A stretch of 64,000 nt of DNA from positions 2,232,001 to 2,296,000 of the forward strand of contig CM074804.1 in the NCBI GenBank assembly GCA_037447605.1, given 5' to 3'. The DNA is from Zygnema circumcarinatum SAG 698-1b. Its lineage: Eukaryota > Plantae > Zygnematophyceae. The position numbers and the translations under genes were made by a program. Below, piece after piece: positions 62,020 to 64,000 of the stretch; positions within the stretch are counted from its first letter, which is position 1, and each line of letters starts with the position of its first letter. The notes beneath the pieces were generated by a model, which was not told where the DNA came from, did no database searches, and worked only from the letters and a program-made list of their open reading frames with translations.

Positions 62020-62992
62020 GGCGACGAGGGCGCTGACAGGGGTCATGTTTGTAAATTGTGACATTTGTTACCATTTTTTGTTGCTTAGTTATTTTTAGGC
62101 TAGCGAGGTAGGGAAGGCGGGGAAGAAGGGCTTGTAGGACATCTGTTGTTCGCAAACGAGACGTTAAGCCTTTTTTCTGCCCCACTTGTCCTCTACAAGA
62201 GTAGAAAGGTTCTGATGGGGTCACCTTCACTCTCGATTTCACCATTTCCTCCTACTCGCATCCACATCCCTCCTTGAAGGCGCGGTTTGTCTGAAATGAT
62301 GCGGAGGTTCGCCTTGATCCTCATATTGCACTCGGCCCGAAGGCGTTTGCAAGGGCTGAAGGCAGAGCTGGAAGATGATGGCGAAGGCCTTCGAAGGGGC
62401 TCGGGAGAATGTCGCCCCGAACAGACCCAACACGCTCGGTCCGCGTGCGGGCTGCCAACGCCGCCACCGATTTATCGTCTTCTTCGATGTTAGATGAAAG
62501 GCCCCTCTCCTGGAGAGAGACAGAGAGAGAGCGAGAGAGAGAGGGAGAAGGAGAGGGAAGGAGAGAAAAGAGAGAGAAAAAGATACGTACGAGTGGGCAA
62601 TAGCGGGAGTCAAAGCGGGGGAGGCGAAGAGAGAGAAGCGAGAGACGACAAGAGGGGAGGGAACACGGGCGGGCCGCCCCGCCAGGGGGCGACCGTACGG
62701 TACGGTGAGCCACTTGGCAGTTGGGGGCATTTGGCCGCCGCTGTACGGCTCGTACGGATTGTGGAGGACACGTGTCACTTGGGACATGACTGTGGCTGGA
62801 GTTTGACAGATTTGGTTGGAGCGAACGGCCTCCGTCTCGCAGTGAAGCGTGACAATCGACGGTTTGCTGTTGGGTTGGCTTGGAGCATCCGTACACAAAA
62901 AATAGGTTAAATTGGAGGTCGGAAGTCGAACGGCGTAAATTTGTTTTAATTTTGTAAATAAATATATATATAATTGTCAGTACACATCACAT

Positions 62993-63077
62993 CCGACCAT
63001 AGCTCAGTTGGTAGAGCGGAGGACTGTAGCGTGATGAAGCAATCCTTAGGTCACTGGTTCGAATCCGGTTGGTCGGA
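62993..63077 (+). tRNA. trnY-GUA: tRNA-Tyr(GUA) with 12-nt intron (63030-63041)
   Basis: Plant-type cytosolic tRNA-Tyr sequence CCGACCATAGCTCAGTTGGTAGAGCGGAGGACTGTAG-intron-ATCCTTAGGTCACTGGTTCGAATCCGGTTGGTCGGA; upstream TATA-like run and downstream T6 terminator. Confidence 0.97.
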
Positions 63078-63434
63078 CATGCTGTCTATGTTTTTTGAAA
63101 ATCATCGTTTGGATGTCATCCATCTACTGCAAATATCGGAGGTGTGTTTGATGTTCATGTCCCTGTCCCTGTCCATGTCCCTTATGCATGTAGGAACATG
63201 ATAAACACTTTACTGTGGCTCTTCCAAAACCTTCCTTCGCCAGTGCTTGCGCCCACCGCTCCTTCGAGATGCACGGCTCCGGAAGCCCTCCTCCGGCGAT
63301 CTTGGCTACTTTTTATCGACAGCGTATTTCCGTCGGCCTTCAACGTTGCCTCGCTTCTACACTTCTTCGGCGTGCTGCAGTTGTTGGTGATCGTGTCGGT
63401 GGACTTACGCCGCTCCCTCCTCGTGATGTGCCTC

Positions 63435-63680
63435 GCATCGGTGACCTTCGCGGTTGCTTCTAGGGGCTGCGTTGTTCCCTGGCTAAAAGCTGCTCATAAA
63501 AAGGTTGGGATGAGTGATTCTGGAGCCACATAGAGCAGCTTGTGCCTAGGCGTAGTTTTACGCTCCTAGCTTTCCTAGCTTTCTTAGCTGGTCCTTTGCG
63601 ACCAGTCCCTCGTGGTTCCACATCATGCTTTTGTCCGTGTACATTTGATGGCCTCGCCATCGTGAGTTCAATACCATTTT
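63435..63680 (-). repeat. Second copy of the dispersed repeat at 15680-15870
   Basis: Same peptide and nucleotide blocks, inverted orientation. Confidence 0.7.
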
Positions 63681-64000
63681 TCTCCCTCTTTACTACTCCA
63701 TGTAGTAGCTATATTAGGATTTGCCTAAGCTATTAATGTTGGCAAGTGCGTTCTACCCAAGCTTAACAACTAACCAGTGTGTGAATTCGTGGCTGAGTAT
63801 GAAAGAAGACAGTTATAAACTTCAAAAAAACCGTTAACCGGATCAGAACCCCATTAAAATTTACACAAAAAACCGCCAGTTCATCCATATCGACGTTGAT
63901 ACATTGTCGACAGTTTGAGCTCTCTCACGAAGCGTCTGGTCCGTTTCTCGCCCAGCTGGCAACGCGCGGCTGTTCCGAATTTCAAGCATACAGCCTCGCA

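Overview
Eukaryotic, intron-rich, GC-rich nuclear DNA of plant type. A streptophyte alga or early-diverging plant is my inference from the gene set. Left to right: a 3'-truncated inward-rectifier (Kir-fold) channel gene with a non-canonical TTLGGG filter, head-to-head with a complete PMS1/PMS2 mismatch-repair gene; an apparently non-coding locus holding box C/D snoRNAs (one is a U36/snR47 homologue); a secreted purple acid phosphatase; a HOTHEAD-like GMC oxidoreductase; and two divergently oriented, 5-intron type III PKS paralogues with an ORS-like (not CHS-like) active site. The PKS genes are separated by a 28-kb nest of LTR retrotransposons: Copia A contains Copia B, which contains a TRIM and Copia C, which contains a chromodomain Gypsy. 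All five insertions have recognisable 5-bp TSDs. After the nest come an O-fucosyltransferase-family gene and an intron-containing tRNA-Tyr. Best leads: (1) a candidate cuticle or phenolic-lipid gene cluster (HTH-like + two ORS-like PKS, possibly + GT); (2) a TRIM whose LTRs carry a tRNA-like Pol III module and share a 15-bp terminus with the neighbouring chromovirus; (3) the Kir channel with an altered filter. The interior of the TE nest looks like unpolished, error-rich assembly and includes a probable false 3.5-kb duplication across an N gap. All gene models were assembled by hand from splice sites and reading frames; no database searches were run.
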